Positions 43,143 through 55,403 of a DNA stretch of 64,000 bases are shown one piece after another (within the stretch, counting starts at the first letter, position 1; every line of letters starts with the position of its first letter). Under the pieces are notes generated by a model, which was not told the DNA's origin, made no database searches, and saw only the letters and a list, made by a program, of their open reading frames with translations. Origin of the DNA: Zygnema circumcarinatum SAG 698-1b (lineage: Eukaryota > Plantae > Zygnematophyceae); assembly GCA_037447605.1 (NCBI GenBank), contig CM074809.1, positions 672,689 to 736,688 of the forward strand, in the 5' to 3' direction. The translations under genes and the position numbers were made by a program.

Positions 43143-44175
43143 GCCTGTCTCGCCCGCCGCAGCGACGCAGGGATTCCCGAAGAAGTCCCGTCACTCCGAC
43201 CAAAATATCGCAAGCTCTTGGCGATATATCTATATCGGCCCAACGATATGGTATCGTATCGAATGTGGATACCGGTACCTGTCAGACTCGTTGCTGGTTG
43301 CGTCTCCTTGTAAAGTTAATCCCTCGATAACGTATATTACTTTCGACTTATCCTTGTAAAGTAGCATCCTCGATAAAGTGTAATACGTCCGGCATTTCCT
43401 GTTAAAGTATTGACCTTGATAAATGTTGCATTCGTGCCGTGTTGTTGAGCCTAGAAGTAGATTTCCGTTTCGAGGCTTTCTCTTTGTCCTTATGTCCATT
43501 GTGACCGCTTCTTCTGGTTCCCTGTGTCGATTTTATCCATGTACAATTTTATGGCCTTGCCATCGTGAGTTCAATCAAACATCCCTTCCCTTGGGAACTT
43601 CAGACTTTCGATAAAGTTTACTATACTCGTTTAAGTTAAGTCTCGTCGTTCAAGCTCTGCCTCAAAAGTCCCTCTACGAAACAAAAATTTCCCGCGACCG
43701 CGGAGCATCCTTCCATTATAGCGCGCCACGTGGGCTTGGTGATGACGTGACCGGTTTTCATTGGAAGATGCTCCCCTTTCGTACAACTGTCCCGCCGGTC
43801 CCACCTTTCTCATTCAAGCCACGTGGCAGAGTCTCCAGCTTCCACGCACAGTCACTGCTGCGTCCGGAAAACCGACAAGCACTTGATGACGGCAGGCAGT
43901 GACAGCACAGCGTCACCTCTTTTGTCGTACTCGCCTAATAAATTTGGTTTGTACGGTCAGAACCGTACGGCTGGCTCATTGTACGGCCGGATTTCGATTT
44001 CGTATGGCCGTACAGTTCCTGTGAACCTGCAGGCCTCCTTGCCCTGCCCTGCTGCCGCACTACTCAGTGAGAGCCTATCCTTCAAAGATAGAAGTAGGCA
44101 GAAGGAAGTTTTTAGTTTATTTAAAAACAACAAATGTGTTTTGTTTAACATATTTTCAATACCCAAAAATCGCAG

Positions 44176-44457
44176 ATGAAAGAATCAGGGAGACCCAACA
44201 GCGGATGGTTCTCGTGCACTGACTGCAAGCAAATGGAAATTCCTTCCATTGCCGTCGTGGCTGATTTTGCTTTCATTCTCTTCGTTCTTATTGCTTCTGC
44301 TCCCCCTGCCGCAGTCAAAACATTTGCCAGGGCCTTCAGTTCCTGCAGGGGAAGCGCCTGCATCAGCGAAGGCGACGGCTTTTTCTTCGTCTTGTATCAA
44401 ACGGCCATCACGAGTAAGAGCAAAAAGGCGTGTGGGTTGTTTGAGTGCTGCCTTTAA
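44176..44457 (+). CDS. Possible small hydrophobic, Cys-containing protein (93 aa)
   Basis: The ATG follows a plausible intron (GTAGGC 44094...TCGCAG 44175) downstream of a G-box/GTAC-rich promoter-like region; hydrophobic stretch IAVVADFAFILFVLIA. No recognised family. Confidence 0.3.
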   Translation: MKESGRPNSGWFSCTDCKQMEIPSIAVVADFAFILFVLIASAPPAAVKTFARAFSSCRGSACISEGDGFFFVLYQTAITSKSKKACGLFECCL

Positions 44458-45461
44458 TAAAATGCTCTCTTTAAGCTTTGATTGAGGCTTCAAGCTGAAA
44501 TTTTGTGTTAGCTCGATTAACTGATTGTTGGGCCAACCAGGAGCTGGCCCGCGAGCTGACGACCGAAGCCAACCGGTGTAAGAGAAGAAGACTTTCACAT
44601 TTACGTCATGGTGTGCCCTCGCTTTCAGCCAAGATTCAAGCTGTCAAGTTGCCTTCTGGTCACTTTTCCCGCCATTTCACTTCTCAAACTGACATCTCAC
44701 GATGGTTTTGACATGCTTCATTCAGGGCCTTTAGGGTTTCCAGATAAATAACGGTAAGCAGACAAACAGAGTTGCACTTAAAAATAGATGTGAAGTACGG
44801 GAGCACGTTAACAGTATACATGGAGATAAGAGCCAAAAGGAAACATATGGGTTGCTGAGAAAGGGTGTTGACTCTTGTAACAACGAAAGAGCTGAAGGTT
44901 TCTATTTCATATAGAAAAAAAAAGAAGCTCACTTCTTTTACATTGAATGAAAGAACGCGCTATTTTACTGTACTGGAAACCCACCAGACGAGCTGCACTC
45001 TTTGAAACGAGCTCACGGGCTCACTTTCTTGAAAGCAACTTCAAGCACAAAAGGTCCACCCACACTGAAGTTTGGTGTAGACAACCTTTTCTACCCCATT
45101 TTCCACTGCCATTATCATAATCAGACTCGATACTGTACAGGCGAATCCTTCATCCGAGCTATAGAAGGCGTCACAGACGGAACGCACTTCCACCCTAATC
45201 TAAACGACACTTTTTAGCCAAACAGGATATGACTTTTTTCAGCCCACCAGGGCTCTCCCTACTGAAGGAGAGGAGGGCACTGGACACGTTTTCTAGCTGC
45301 AAAAAACAATTGGGTGTCCCACATTGCCCTACTTTACCCGGTTCATGGACGATGTGCTCGATCACCCACGAGCAGAGCAAAATTTAAAGTCTTTTGAGCA
45401 ATTGGGTGTCCCCAGTCTCAAAAATCTTGAAGTTTGGGGGGAGCGAGGCCTCTCATACCTC

Positions 45462-48400
45462 TTACTCTCTCACTCCGTCGGCCCTTGACCTCTTTGAGCG
45501 ACCCAAGAACCTGGCTGAGTCATGGAACTCGGCAGGGAAAGCCCTCCCAAAGTTAAGGTTCGGTACTCCAAATTCAGCCTGCTTTTGGAAAACACCTGCC
45601 TTTGTTGAATGGCGAGCAGAACCAAAGAAGCTTCCGCCATTAGGTGGCGGAAGAACTGTGGAGGGAGTGGTGGCTGGAGACATGGTCTCCTGAGAGGAGG
45701 CGGGAGAGGAGAGGAACCCCCTGCGCATGAGGTTTTCTTGCCAGTGATGAGGTGATCCGTTTCCGACGATATCGTCATAAGCGTCCATTTGCAAGTCAAC
45801 AGATAGTGGTGACACCACTCTTTTCGCTCCCACTCTCTCGTCCTCTGCCATCGATTCAGAAAGGAGACCCCCTCTGTCGTCTCCTGAGTTATCACCCAGT
45901 GTGACCGGTGGATGGCCTCTACTTCTCGTCCGTCGGCTATGTGGAGTACTATAGTATGCATTGACCTTTCCATTTCCTGTGGCAGTTCTCCGTGATCCTG
46001 AACTCCGTGGGGCGTTTTCGCGGTTGGGTCGCCTCGGCGGGAGTGGGGAAGCACGGTCCATTCTGTCCTCTCCAAAAGTTGCAAATAGAGGGGAGTGAGC
46101 CGTGCCATTCTCAGCAGGGCTGTACATTGGTTCTGGGAGATTTCTTCGGACTGGAGGCCGACTATAGGACAAAGAAGGTAGCATCATTGAACTTTCTCTC
46201 CCGGTCATCGTCTCACCTCCAACGCTGCACAAGTGAACATATTTTCCAAAGTAGGGCTAACGCATCAGAAATGGCTCCTTCAAACAGAGCAAGAAGTCTC
46301 ACTCTCTCCTCCAGCGAGAATCGCTGTGGAGTATAGAACTCAGAAAAGAGAGCAACTTCCATATCCCAGCAGACATCTTTTTCAATTCCACGCAGTTTCC
46401 AGGACACAAGTGTTATCTGACTTAAGAAACAATACCTATCAAGTCCTTCTTGAAGTAACCACGTCTTCACCGCCTCCCTTCGTTCTCGATCCAAATTCGA
46501 GTCATCAACCAGAGCATTGAGCTTTGCCACCAAGGCGCAGACTTCATTGTTCGCCATGTCCAGACGGGCGCCAAGCTCCGTTTTTGCAGCGTTTGCAAGT
46601 GCAAGGTCCATGTCTGCTGCCAGTTTTTCTTTATGCATAGCGAAGAGATTCCTTCGAACATCTCCTACCCTGTATGCGTAGAAAAACAGCAAATCAGTAT
46701 ATCCCGAAACGTGCTATTGCAAACTGCTCAGTTACTTCTGAAAACGGTCAATTGAGAATTATTTGAAACGAAGGTTAAAAAGAGCAGCCAAATGTCAGCA
46801 ATGGTCAGAGAGGGGTTGCTAGAGATAATTTCGGTATAAGAGATTTTGTAAATACCTAGTCTCTGCCTCGGCAAGTCTAGATTCCAATACACTCGCCCTC
46901 TCAGTTGCTGCCGCCAACATCGCGTTGAGAGTAGTACTCTCAGATCGCTGTCTCCCCAGTTCTGCTTGAAGCTGCTCTTTACTTTGTCGCTCGTCCTCCA
47001 ATCTACTTTCCAACTCCACCGTCCATTGTGCAGCTGCTTCAAGATCAGCATCCACTTCGTCCCGAAACGACTTCATCTCATTCAGCTGCCAAAGTGCCGA
47101 ATTCAAGCTATTGAAATTAGAATGCTTTCCTTCCCTAGTTTCTTGAGACTGATTCCTTTCCAATCGACTTGCATGAAACTCCTGTGCCTTCTCGAAGTCG
47201 CCATCACGAAGAGCCCGAACCTCAGCTTCATATAAAGCCAACTCGTGGTCCAGCCCTTGTAAACGAAGCATGGCCTTTGCAAGTGCATCTTGCGAAAGCT
47301 TTAACTCTTGATTCAAAGATTCCTTGTCAGCCTCAGCTGACAGCAACATATTGTCGAATTCTGCAAGTTTCGCATCGGTATCATTCCCAGCATGTACTAA
47401 CTCCGCCACCCGGTTTTGCGCCCAAGCAAGCTCAGCTCCTAGCTTCGCTGTATCGTTTCTCCACTGGGCCAACTCGTTCGAAAGTTCTGCGACCGTTTCT
47501 TTTGAAGCAGTCAGCTCCCTTTCCATATCATCTTTGCCATCCAGCTCCTTTGATAGTGAAGAGATCGCCTCTTGGGCCGAAGCAAGCTCTTCCTGCAACC
47601 CCGACGTTTGTCTCCGCCAGTCCGCAAGTTCCTTAGAAAGTTCATCTACTTTTTCGTGGGCAGCTGCAAGTTCAACTCGAAGATTCTCTCTTTCTTCAAG
47701 GCCCTCAGACAATTGGGCAACCATTTCCTCCACAGCTGCAAGGTCATTGTCCACATCGACTGTCTCCTGTTTTGACTCTGCCAAATCCTGCGACAATCTT
47801 GCTATCTGATGATTGGCTGTTGCCAATGCATTAGTCAACTCGTTGTAGTCAGATTGTTCAGCTGGTATGATTGCCTTGGCTTCAGGCAGAGACGTGGAAA
47901 CGGCTTCCAGGTCCTGCATCGCGCATTTTTCCAGTGATCCGTGACTTTGGTTTTCCACAGCCGGTATCTGAATTTCTCCTGTAGCTAACTTACTGTTCTC
48001 CTCCTCAGCCAGAGTCACCTCTTCCTTTTTTGGGTATCCTTTTTGGCAGGACGACACTGATTTGTTTTCAGTTTCACTCAGCCTGCTGCTCAACTTAACA
48101 AGTTCGCCTTCTAGCAATGCTACGGCTTCTTCACACTGCTTCCTTCGATTACATTCGTCCTTGAGCTCCATTTCAGCTGCAAATAAGCAGATTTTCAGCT
48201 CCTTGCAACTCTGGCAAGTTCCTGTATTGGCCTCTTTAGCAGTACTTTCTTTAACGACTACACCTTCGGCTTCCACCTTAATGGCATGCTCTTGCCTAAG
48301 TTGCCTCTTGCTTTCATCGTCGTTTTTGTCTTCTTGAGTCGAATCTTTGTCATCATGTCTGAATACCGCGAGGACAGCCACATTTCTGCTCACCTCTACC

Positions 48401-49899
48401 ATCTCTTCTTTCCTTTTTTGAGCACCTTCATGCTCTAAGCTAGGGGACATGCTTTCTCGTGTGTCAACTTCGTCTAAACTGATCTTCCCAGAATTTTTCA
48501 GGTCCACTGCCGCAGCACTTGTAAAGGAAGCAGTTTCTTCACTCGATATCCCATTGAACATTACTGGTTCTGGCAACTTCAGGTCCTGTTTTAATTCAGC
48601 CTTGTCTCCTTTGGCCCTTTTCAGCAACGATCTAAGGCTGTCAGCCTGTTTTTCCATGTCTTGAATCGTCAATGTTCTGTCTTCCAGTACAGACGCCATA
48701 ACATCCATCTCTTTTTGAACCTCTGTCAGTTGCTTCTCTTGCTCGGAAATACGATCTAGTAGCTGAGTCCGTTGGATTTCCCATTCCTTAATTCTCTCTT
48801 CCACAGCATCCTGTATGCGACGTGTCTGTTCCTCCCGAACGCGACGAAGTTCTCGAATAGATTCCTGCGAGCATATGACATTCACAATCAGATTAGAAAG
48901 AGAATGCAAAAAGCAGATATTTCTCCGATATTGAAGTTACACCTCACCTTACGCACTCTGCTCGGAGCTTCAATCCTGTGGCTAACATTAGCTTGCTCAC
49001 GAAAAGAAGATGACAAGAAGAATAGGCATGCAAAACGCAGCACAATCCAGGAATCTGAGATTGACTTTGGAACAACACGCAGACAGATGTCATCAACATA
49101 TTCAAATGTATTGCATAAGCTTCATGGGTAGTACTCCAGCAAGAAAACCCAAAACTCTAGAACCTAGATGCATCAGCACCGACACGAGCAGCAGAACTTA
49201 TACACATGAATGGTTCAACAAAGAGCCGGACAGATGATCTTCTTCTGAGACAGTTTCTCTTTGGACATGTCCTGAACGTACTTTCAACGCAGAATCAAGC
49301 CTTGCTGCTTTCCTGTCCGAAACCTCTTTCTCTTGAAGGGCCTGCTCCAGCTGCACCTTCAGTGCAGTCGATTCGGCTGTCGCCTTCTCCCATCCTGCAG
49401 ACCAGGGAACAAGAAAGTTAATCAACATGATCAGAGTTTCCCTCCCCCTTCCAAACTTTCCTAGTTCAGCAATAGCATCTGAGTGATATTCAGCAAAATA
49501 AGGATTTTTCATATAATGAGAAGAAAAGAAAGAAAAATGAATTAGAAGACTGAAACAAAAGATATAGAATAAAAAAATCCATCCAGTCAGGAGCCTCCTT
49601 CAGCGACATAAACAGTAGCGTTCAAAAACGTCGAGAAAAAAAGAATTAAACAAAGGAAATTAACTGCAAGGTGCATATTATTCAATCCAGTATTCACAGC
49701 TGGAACAACCTGCAATGATAAAACAAGATAATCCTATTCACAGCAAGAACCTCTTACCAGTTACTGCTGCCTCAGCCACCTTCATATGCCGCAAAGCAGC
49801 TGTATCAGCCGCATTCGGCGAAAAATCCATAGAATTTTCGGATCTCAGAGACGAACTGTTTTCCTTCGTGCTAACAGGGCTTACCGCTCCTCCTTCCAT
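45462..49899 (-). CDS. FPP: Filament-like plant protein (DUF869) coiled-coil protein, ~1086 aa
   Basis: Exons 49899-49758, 49394-49282, 48864-46856, 46669-46436 and 46224-45462 join in frame. FPP signature RHMKVAEAAVTGWEKATAE...LDSALKESIRELRRVREEQ...IQDAV; long heptad region. Confidence 0.9.
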
Positions 49900-50693
49900 C
49901 CCTACGTCAAGTTTTACGTCTGCAACTTGGAATCCCTCCGAAGCAGACACTACCAACAAAAGCGCAACTGAAAATATAGCTCGGAGAAAGGCGACGAGTC
50001 TCAGGTCCTCTATCCTCGACAATAGAAGCGTAAACGCGTTTACCGTGCATGAAAGTAGAGGAAGGTGCGGCTCGAGCTGCAAGCAGCCATGGCTGCCAGG
50101 CGCCTCTGAAGCTTTCCTCCCTCCCCTGCCTGCCAGCCTGCGCCCTTTCAAACTTCAAGGTCCTAACTTTAATATTTGCACATTTAGTCCTCACAAATTC
50201 TTTTAATTTTTGAAAAGAAATTTAGCGGGAGTGCGCCGCCGCTAACGGTCTGATTCTATATCGAACCAATCGGAATGCGTTTTTGCACGTGCGAAAATTA
50301 ATGGACGAGTCCCCCAACGAGTGCGCGACCGTTGCCAAATTTCAAAAATTTCAACCGACAAAAGGCATCCAATGGCATGTAGCCAGTTACGCAGTATTAC
50401 GGATGGACGCACATAAAACGCGGCTGGAACAATGCGGTCAGGCTACGGAACGGTAATCATTGAGTTGGTCAATTTTTAACCAACTGGTTGACAGGACTGG
50501 TCAACCGTTGGCTAAGAACTTAGTCACCCTGTTTTCCCCTCTATTGTACTTTGAGACAACTACAGTACAACCATTGGCCCACTTTTATGTTTTGAGAAAA
50601 GCTTCCCAACAAAAACTTGGGAAAAAAAGATGTTCCATAAGCAACGAACTACTTTGTATGGAAAGTAAATCGCAAAGAGGACCAGCACAGCAA

Positions 50694-51277
50694 CTGAAGG
50701 AGGATGTGGCATTGATCACACGATAGCGATGCCGTCAAATGAACATGGAACATTATTATCATCAATTATTTTTGGAACCTTGATGCGCTGTACAGGTAGG
50801 GGGTCACCTCTGTCACACCTGAGTACTGAACTGTCCACAGCCTCTAAAATAGCAACACCTCACAACCTCTAAAACAGCAACACCCCACTAACTCAACCTC
50901 TTTCTCTTCTGATGGCAAGGACGATTTCCACGTCTTCCAACTCGCAAACTTCCCTTTGGCATATGCCCATACCGCAATGCATGTAACTGGCCATCACAAG
51001 CTAAAGGAAAGTTACATGCATTAGTGTATGGGCGTATGCCAATCTTCCCATTGAGAGGTTCGACACTCAATGAGTGCTCTCTTTGCTGTGGGGAAACGAG
51101 CTCTCTACGGACCTCAAGCGCGCTTTCGCCTTTTTCAAGATGCTTGAAGCAGCCCCGGACTCGGATTTCAGTAGCTCAAGGGAAGGGTACAAGGCTTGGA
51201 ACTTTTGAGGCGAGAGGCGTTTGACGACGGTAGCAACCTTCTCCTGAATGCATCTGCAAAAAGTAACAAACAGGGAA
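50694..51277. repeat. Direct duplicate of 55046-55614 (last exon and 3' UTR of the TRANK1-like gene)
   Basis: Colinear match from CTGAAGG(G)AGGATGTGGCAT to CATCTGCAAAAAGTAACAAACAGGGAA, with scattered substitutions. Confidence 0.92.
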
Positions 51278-52582
51278 TAAATGAGTAAGGATATACAGTT
51301 GAAAGAGACATTAGGCTGCCAAATTTCACACAACCTAACATAAAGTGAGAACTTCATTCTTCTCGTAGCGAGTGAAATGTGATGCTTACTCCAGTTCATA
51401 GATGGTTCCAAGCATGGCATCCAATTGCTCGGTTGAATCGCCGCTTGCAAAAAGTGTTTTCAGCTGCACGTCTAATCGAGATTGGATGTCCTGCAACTGC
51501 AACAATACCGGGATACCGGAGTACTTTTTCCTCAATGCAGACTCCGCATCTGTGCCATCAAAGAGGCAGCGGATGACGGACCTTGCAAGAACCACGAACT
51601 TCGTCAAAAGCAAGGAGTCTTCTGACTCAGTCGAACCTTCGTCTGCCTCTTGTGACCGGTCGACCGCTCGCATGTGTGAATCACCAAAAACGATGGCAGG
51701 TCGGTTTTCGACGTTGAGAGTGCAATTCCTTATGTGGGCCTCCGAGTAGGCTTTATGCAATTTTATGAGCCGTTTCAGAGTAGACTTTATTCCGTCTGCA
51801 TTCATGAACGACGGGTTAAAGGCAGAAAGTATAGATCGTCACGTTTAAGGGAAACGGAGTGACATTCAAGTTATCATTTGAAAATGCTTGGTAATACCCG
51901 GCACAGAAAAGGAAAGCAGCGAGGCAAGACGTTGATATAGTTTAGAAAAGCCTCAAGAAGTCTGATTGACATCTAAGAATGATCCCTTGAAATCATCCAC
52001 CATGTTCTTACTCGAGATATAAAACCGTGTAAACTGGGAAACATACCGTGATTAGCGACGTTCCACACCTTCACAACTTGCATATGCGCGCCCATTGACT
52101 TATTCCAGGCGATGTCACATTCCCAAATAATCCACAAATTATTCTACCGCCCATTTCCTCGCCATAATCATTCTGTTAGACGAATCAATTTGACTTAAAG
52201 TCCATGTGCACTGCTGCGCTGTGGGGAACACGAACTCGCACGATTCATCGTCAAGGAGTTTTTCAAACTCTAATAGGGTGGACTCACTCTATTCAAAGCG
52301 AGCATGACTGTACATATCAACCAGAAAAACCTCACCAGAACTCTGCAATGGTACACGGGGACTCGAAGCTGGGCACACGTCAATGGGCGCTTCATTGAAC
52401 TTGTCCAATCTCCCCTGCGAAAGCAATCAAGCTTCTTCACCACGGCGTCGCATGGGTCTCTTTGAAGACTCCGCAGGACAGACTCGGCGACGATGACCTA
52501 ACAAAGAAACCCTCAAGCATACGTGTCACAAAGATCTTGTTCAATCACGGTTTTGGAAATGGCTTATTCAGACCCTTATCAT
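51067..52582 (-). CDS. Helicase-less paralog of the TRANK1-like gene: RelE/ParE-like domain plus helical C-terminus (~285 aa)
   Basis: Exons 52497-52336, 52143-52047, 51795-51390 and 51253-51067 join in frame without stops (283 aa). The start is uncertain; a candidate micro-exon ATG ATA AGG lies at 52582-52574. The sequence resembles the pre-helicase region of TRANK1-like proteins (W..D...QVVKVWNV...IKSTLKRL...YSE...C...LTKF). Confidence 0.7.
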
Positions 52583-53595
52583 GCTCAGGGTGACAGGATG
52601 AGTAAAAAAAATGTGGCAGTACCTAAAGAATTGCAACTGCAGAAGAATTCTTTCTCATCAATAGCGTCTCCCCTCTATTTGCCACTTATTACAAAAACTC
52701 GAGATTACTGCATCGACCTATGAAAATTATTACATCAAACGATATGGAACGGCATTCAAGATCCATGGAGCATTCGAGAAACAGCAAGATGTGCGGCTTA
52801 CCGGCCATTCGGACTGGTCATCAAGCAACACGCCCACTCCGTTCACACCGTCCCCTCTACTCCACTCCATTCTCCGCTATTGCTGCCCTCTGTCAGCGAG
52901 CGTCAACTCATTCGCCAAGCAAACTACTGCACCTCTCTACCAGATTCCCTCAATCACGACCATCCATTCCCTCCCTTGCTCTGGCCCTCGAGGCGGTCTG
53001 ACTGCAGGAGGGAGCCATCCGCTGCAGAAGCGGCACTTTGACGGTACACGCTTCTTCGTGCGCTACCAAGGCCGAACGGACCCAATCAGAATTTGCCGCG
53101 TGGACAAACTCGCAGACGTGGTACGCTGTGACTGGTCGGCCGCGTAGCGCGTGCGCTGAGTTCCGTTCTCGACCCTGCGGCCGGCCCATGCATGCATGTG
53201 TGCATGCGCCGGTGGCATGTGCCATCGGCTGCAGGAATTGGCCCTCTGCAAGGTATTCATCTTTGTTTGAGAGGGAGCAAAGCAAAGTCAATATCAGTAC
53301 CTTTTAATGGATAGTTTTTTCTGGGAAAAAAATACTGATTCTGAAATAAAGACGATGAGAAATCCAAGAGCTAAGGTCACACGCTGTTGCATGCATGGTG
53401 CAAAGCGGTCCTTTGGGTTGCAGCCTATAGATCGCGAATATCGCCGGTCGAATCGCGATACACCGGCAATAACCGCCTGTCTGGCCGACGTCGGCCGGCT
53501 AGTTCCGCCGGCATGTGCAGTTGCGCCGGCAAACTCCGCATGCGGCAATCGTTGCCGCCCGTTCTGCCAGGTGGCTCGCGCCTGACGTACGTACA

Positions 53596-53910
53596 GTCCA
53601 GCGTGGCTTGTCCACGTCGGATTTGGGGTGTGTTTTGAGGCGTTTGCTCCAGCGTCCACGTATGGTTTGGGGTGTAGCTAGAGGCGTTTGGTCCAGCGTG
53701 TATTGTCCACGTAGGACTAGCGGTGTGCCCTGGGGCGTACGGTAAGCACGACGGGATTTGGGATGTGCCTCGGGGCGCAAGGTCCAGCGTGTCTATCCAC
53801 GTAGAAATTTGGGTGTGCCTCGGGTCGTGAGGTCGGACTTGGGATGTGCGTCAGGACGTGAGATCCAGCGTGTTTCGTCCACGTAGGACTTGGGGTGTGC
53901 GTCGAGCACG
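53596..53910. repeat. Degenerate minisatellite, ~7 units of 30-51 bp
   Basis: Consensus approximately GTCCAGCGTG-N4-TCCACGTAGGA(C/T)TTGGG(G/A)TGTGC-N3-GGGCGT, with long and short units alternating. Confidence 0.85.
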
Positions 53911-54818
53911 ACCCAAAGAGAAGCGTGTGGTCGTATGAAACGCGAGTACTCACATGCGATAACGCGTTGTGTTGAACATACAAATAAAGTTGTTCTTGAG
54001 TACAAGTCTTGGCTTTCTCTTATGCTTGCTAGTGGGAGAAGACGTTGTGAAGAAGTAGCCCGACTCTCTGTTTGGCTGTGTCATTAGTCTCGTCAAGTTA
54101 GGAATTTGATAAATGCTCCTTTACATTGGAAACGTGGTGGGGTTTACGAGGTGGCATTATTGCTTCAAGACTATGACAGCTTCTAAACATGGCAGCAATG
54201 AGAGGGAATGTCATGGCCACACGCAGTCTGGAGGTAATGGAGGGTGGGGACATCGCGCACAGAAACCCTCTCCTGCGGGAGACGCATCCGAACTGACAGG
54301 AGGGAAACCTTGTTATACATGTCATCATGTTATCAATATTCCCTCCACAATTCCATCCTTTATTCCGGAGGGGCTGCATCCTAACCCTCCCCTTCTCTCC
54401 CCTCTCACAATTCGCAACAGTTCTTGTGCCCTGAAGTCTCGACTCTTTCTGCAGCAGTCTCCGCTTCCATAACCGCGCCTCTTATTTGACAGCTCTGCCT
54501 CCTGCGTTACTCCTTCCACTGCTTCTGTTGCGAGTTGCGATGATTGCATTAAAGGTAGTGAGAGCCAAACGCATTTAGGGTTTCTGTAACTCAAAACGGT
54601 TTTGCGGTGATTAAGACTTTACCAATTTGGGCGCGCGAGCCTCCAGAGCTCGCCGAGCGCGCCTGGTTTTGGGCTTTATTACTCGCAGCATGGCGGCTGC
54701 TGCGCGCGAGACTCTCCCTTGAAAAAAGTGGAGAAAAGAAGCAAGACTGCACGCGTGCAGACGAGCAGGCAGCGCTGGAAAGGCGGCGAGGGAAGGAACG
54801 GAGGGGGGCTGCCAGAAA

Positions 54819-54910
54819 CCAAAGCACGCCCGAACACAACACTCGATAAAGTCATTCAACAACGACCAAAGCATGCCCGAACATAACACTCGATAAAGTC
54901 ATTAAACAAA
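54819..54910. repeat. Two-copy ~46 bp tandem duplication
   Basis: ACCAAAGCAYGCCCGAACAYAACACTCGATAAAGTCATT occurs twice. Confidence 0.85.
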
Positions 54911-55403
54911 GTCAGGGGCAACGGATGGCGTGTTTCGCACTGTATGGTAAGTAAATCGCAAATAGGACAACACAACCAAGCCTGGAAGTACTCCGCCATG
55001 CATTATTGTTGCTGCTTGACGATGATGATGATGACTTTTACGACTTCTGAAGGGAGGATGTGGCATCGATCGCACGATGGCGATGATGCCGTCAAGTGTA
55101 TATGGAACATTATTATCATCATTTATTTTTGAAACCTTGATGCGCTGTACAGGTAGGGGGTCACCTCTGTCACACCTGAGAACTGAACTATCCACAGCCT
55201 CTAAAATAGCAACACCTCACTGACTCTACACCTCTCTCTCTTCTGATGGCAAGGACGATTTCCACGTCTTCCAACTCGCAAACTTTCCTTTGGTTTCTGA
55301 TGGCCATACCGTAATGCATGTAACTGGCCATCAAAAGCTAAAGGAAAGTTACATGCATTAGGGTGTGGGCGTATGCCGATCTTTCCTTTGAGAGCTTCGG
55401 CAC

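Noticed and set aside
44249-44485. Possible DVL/ROTUNDIFOLIA-like peptide
   Set aside because: Lacks the KEQR.R.YI.RRC..ML.CW core.
53596-53910. CRISPR-like array
   Set aside because: Repeats are degenerate with no unique spacers, there are no cas genes, and the context is eukaryotic.
54098-54889. Short ORFs between the two TRANK1-related genes
   Set aside because: Could not build a coherent spliced model or recognise any family.
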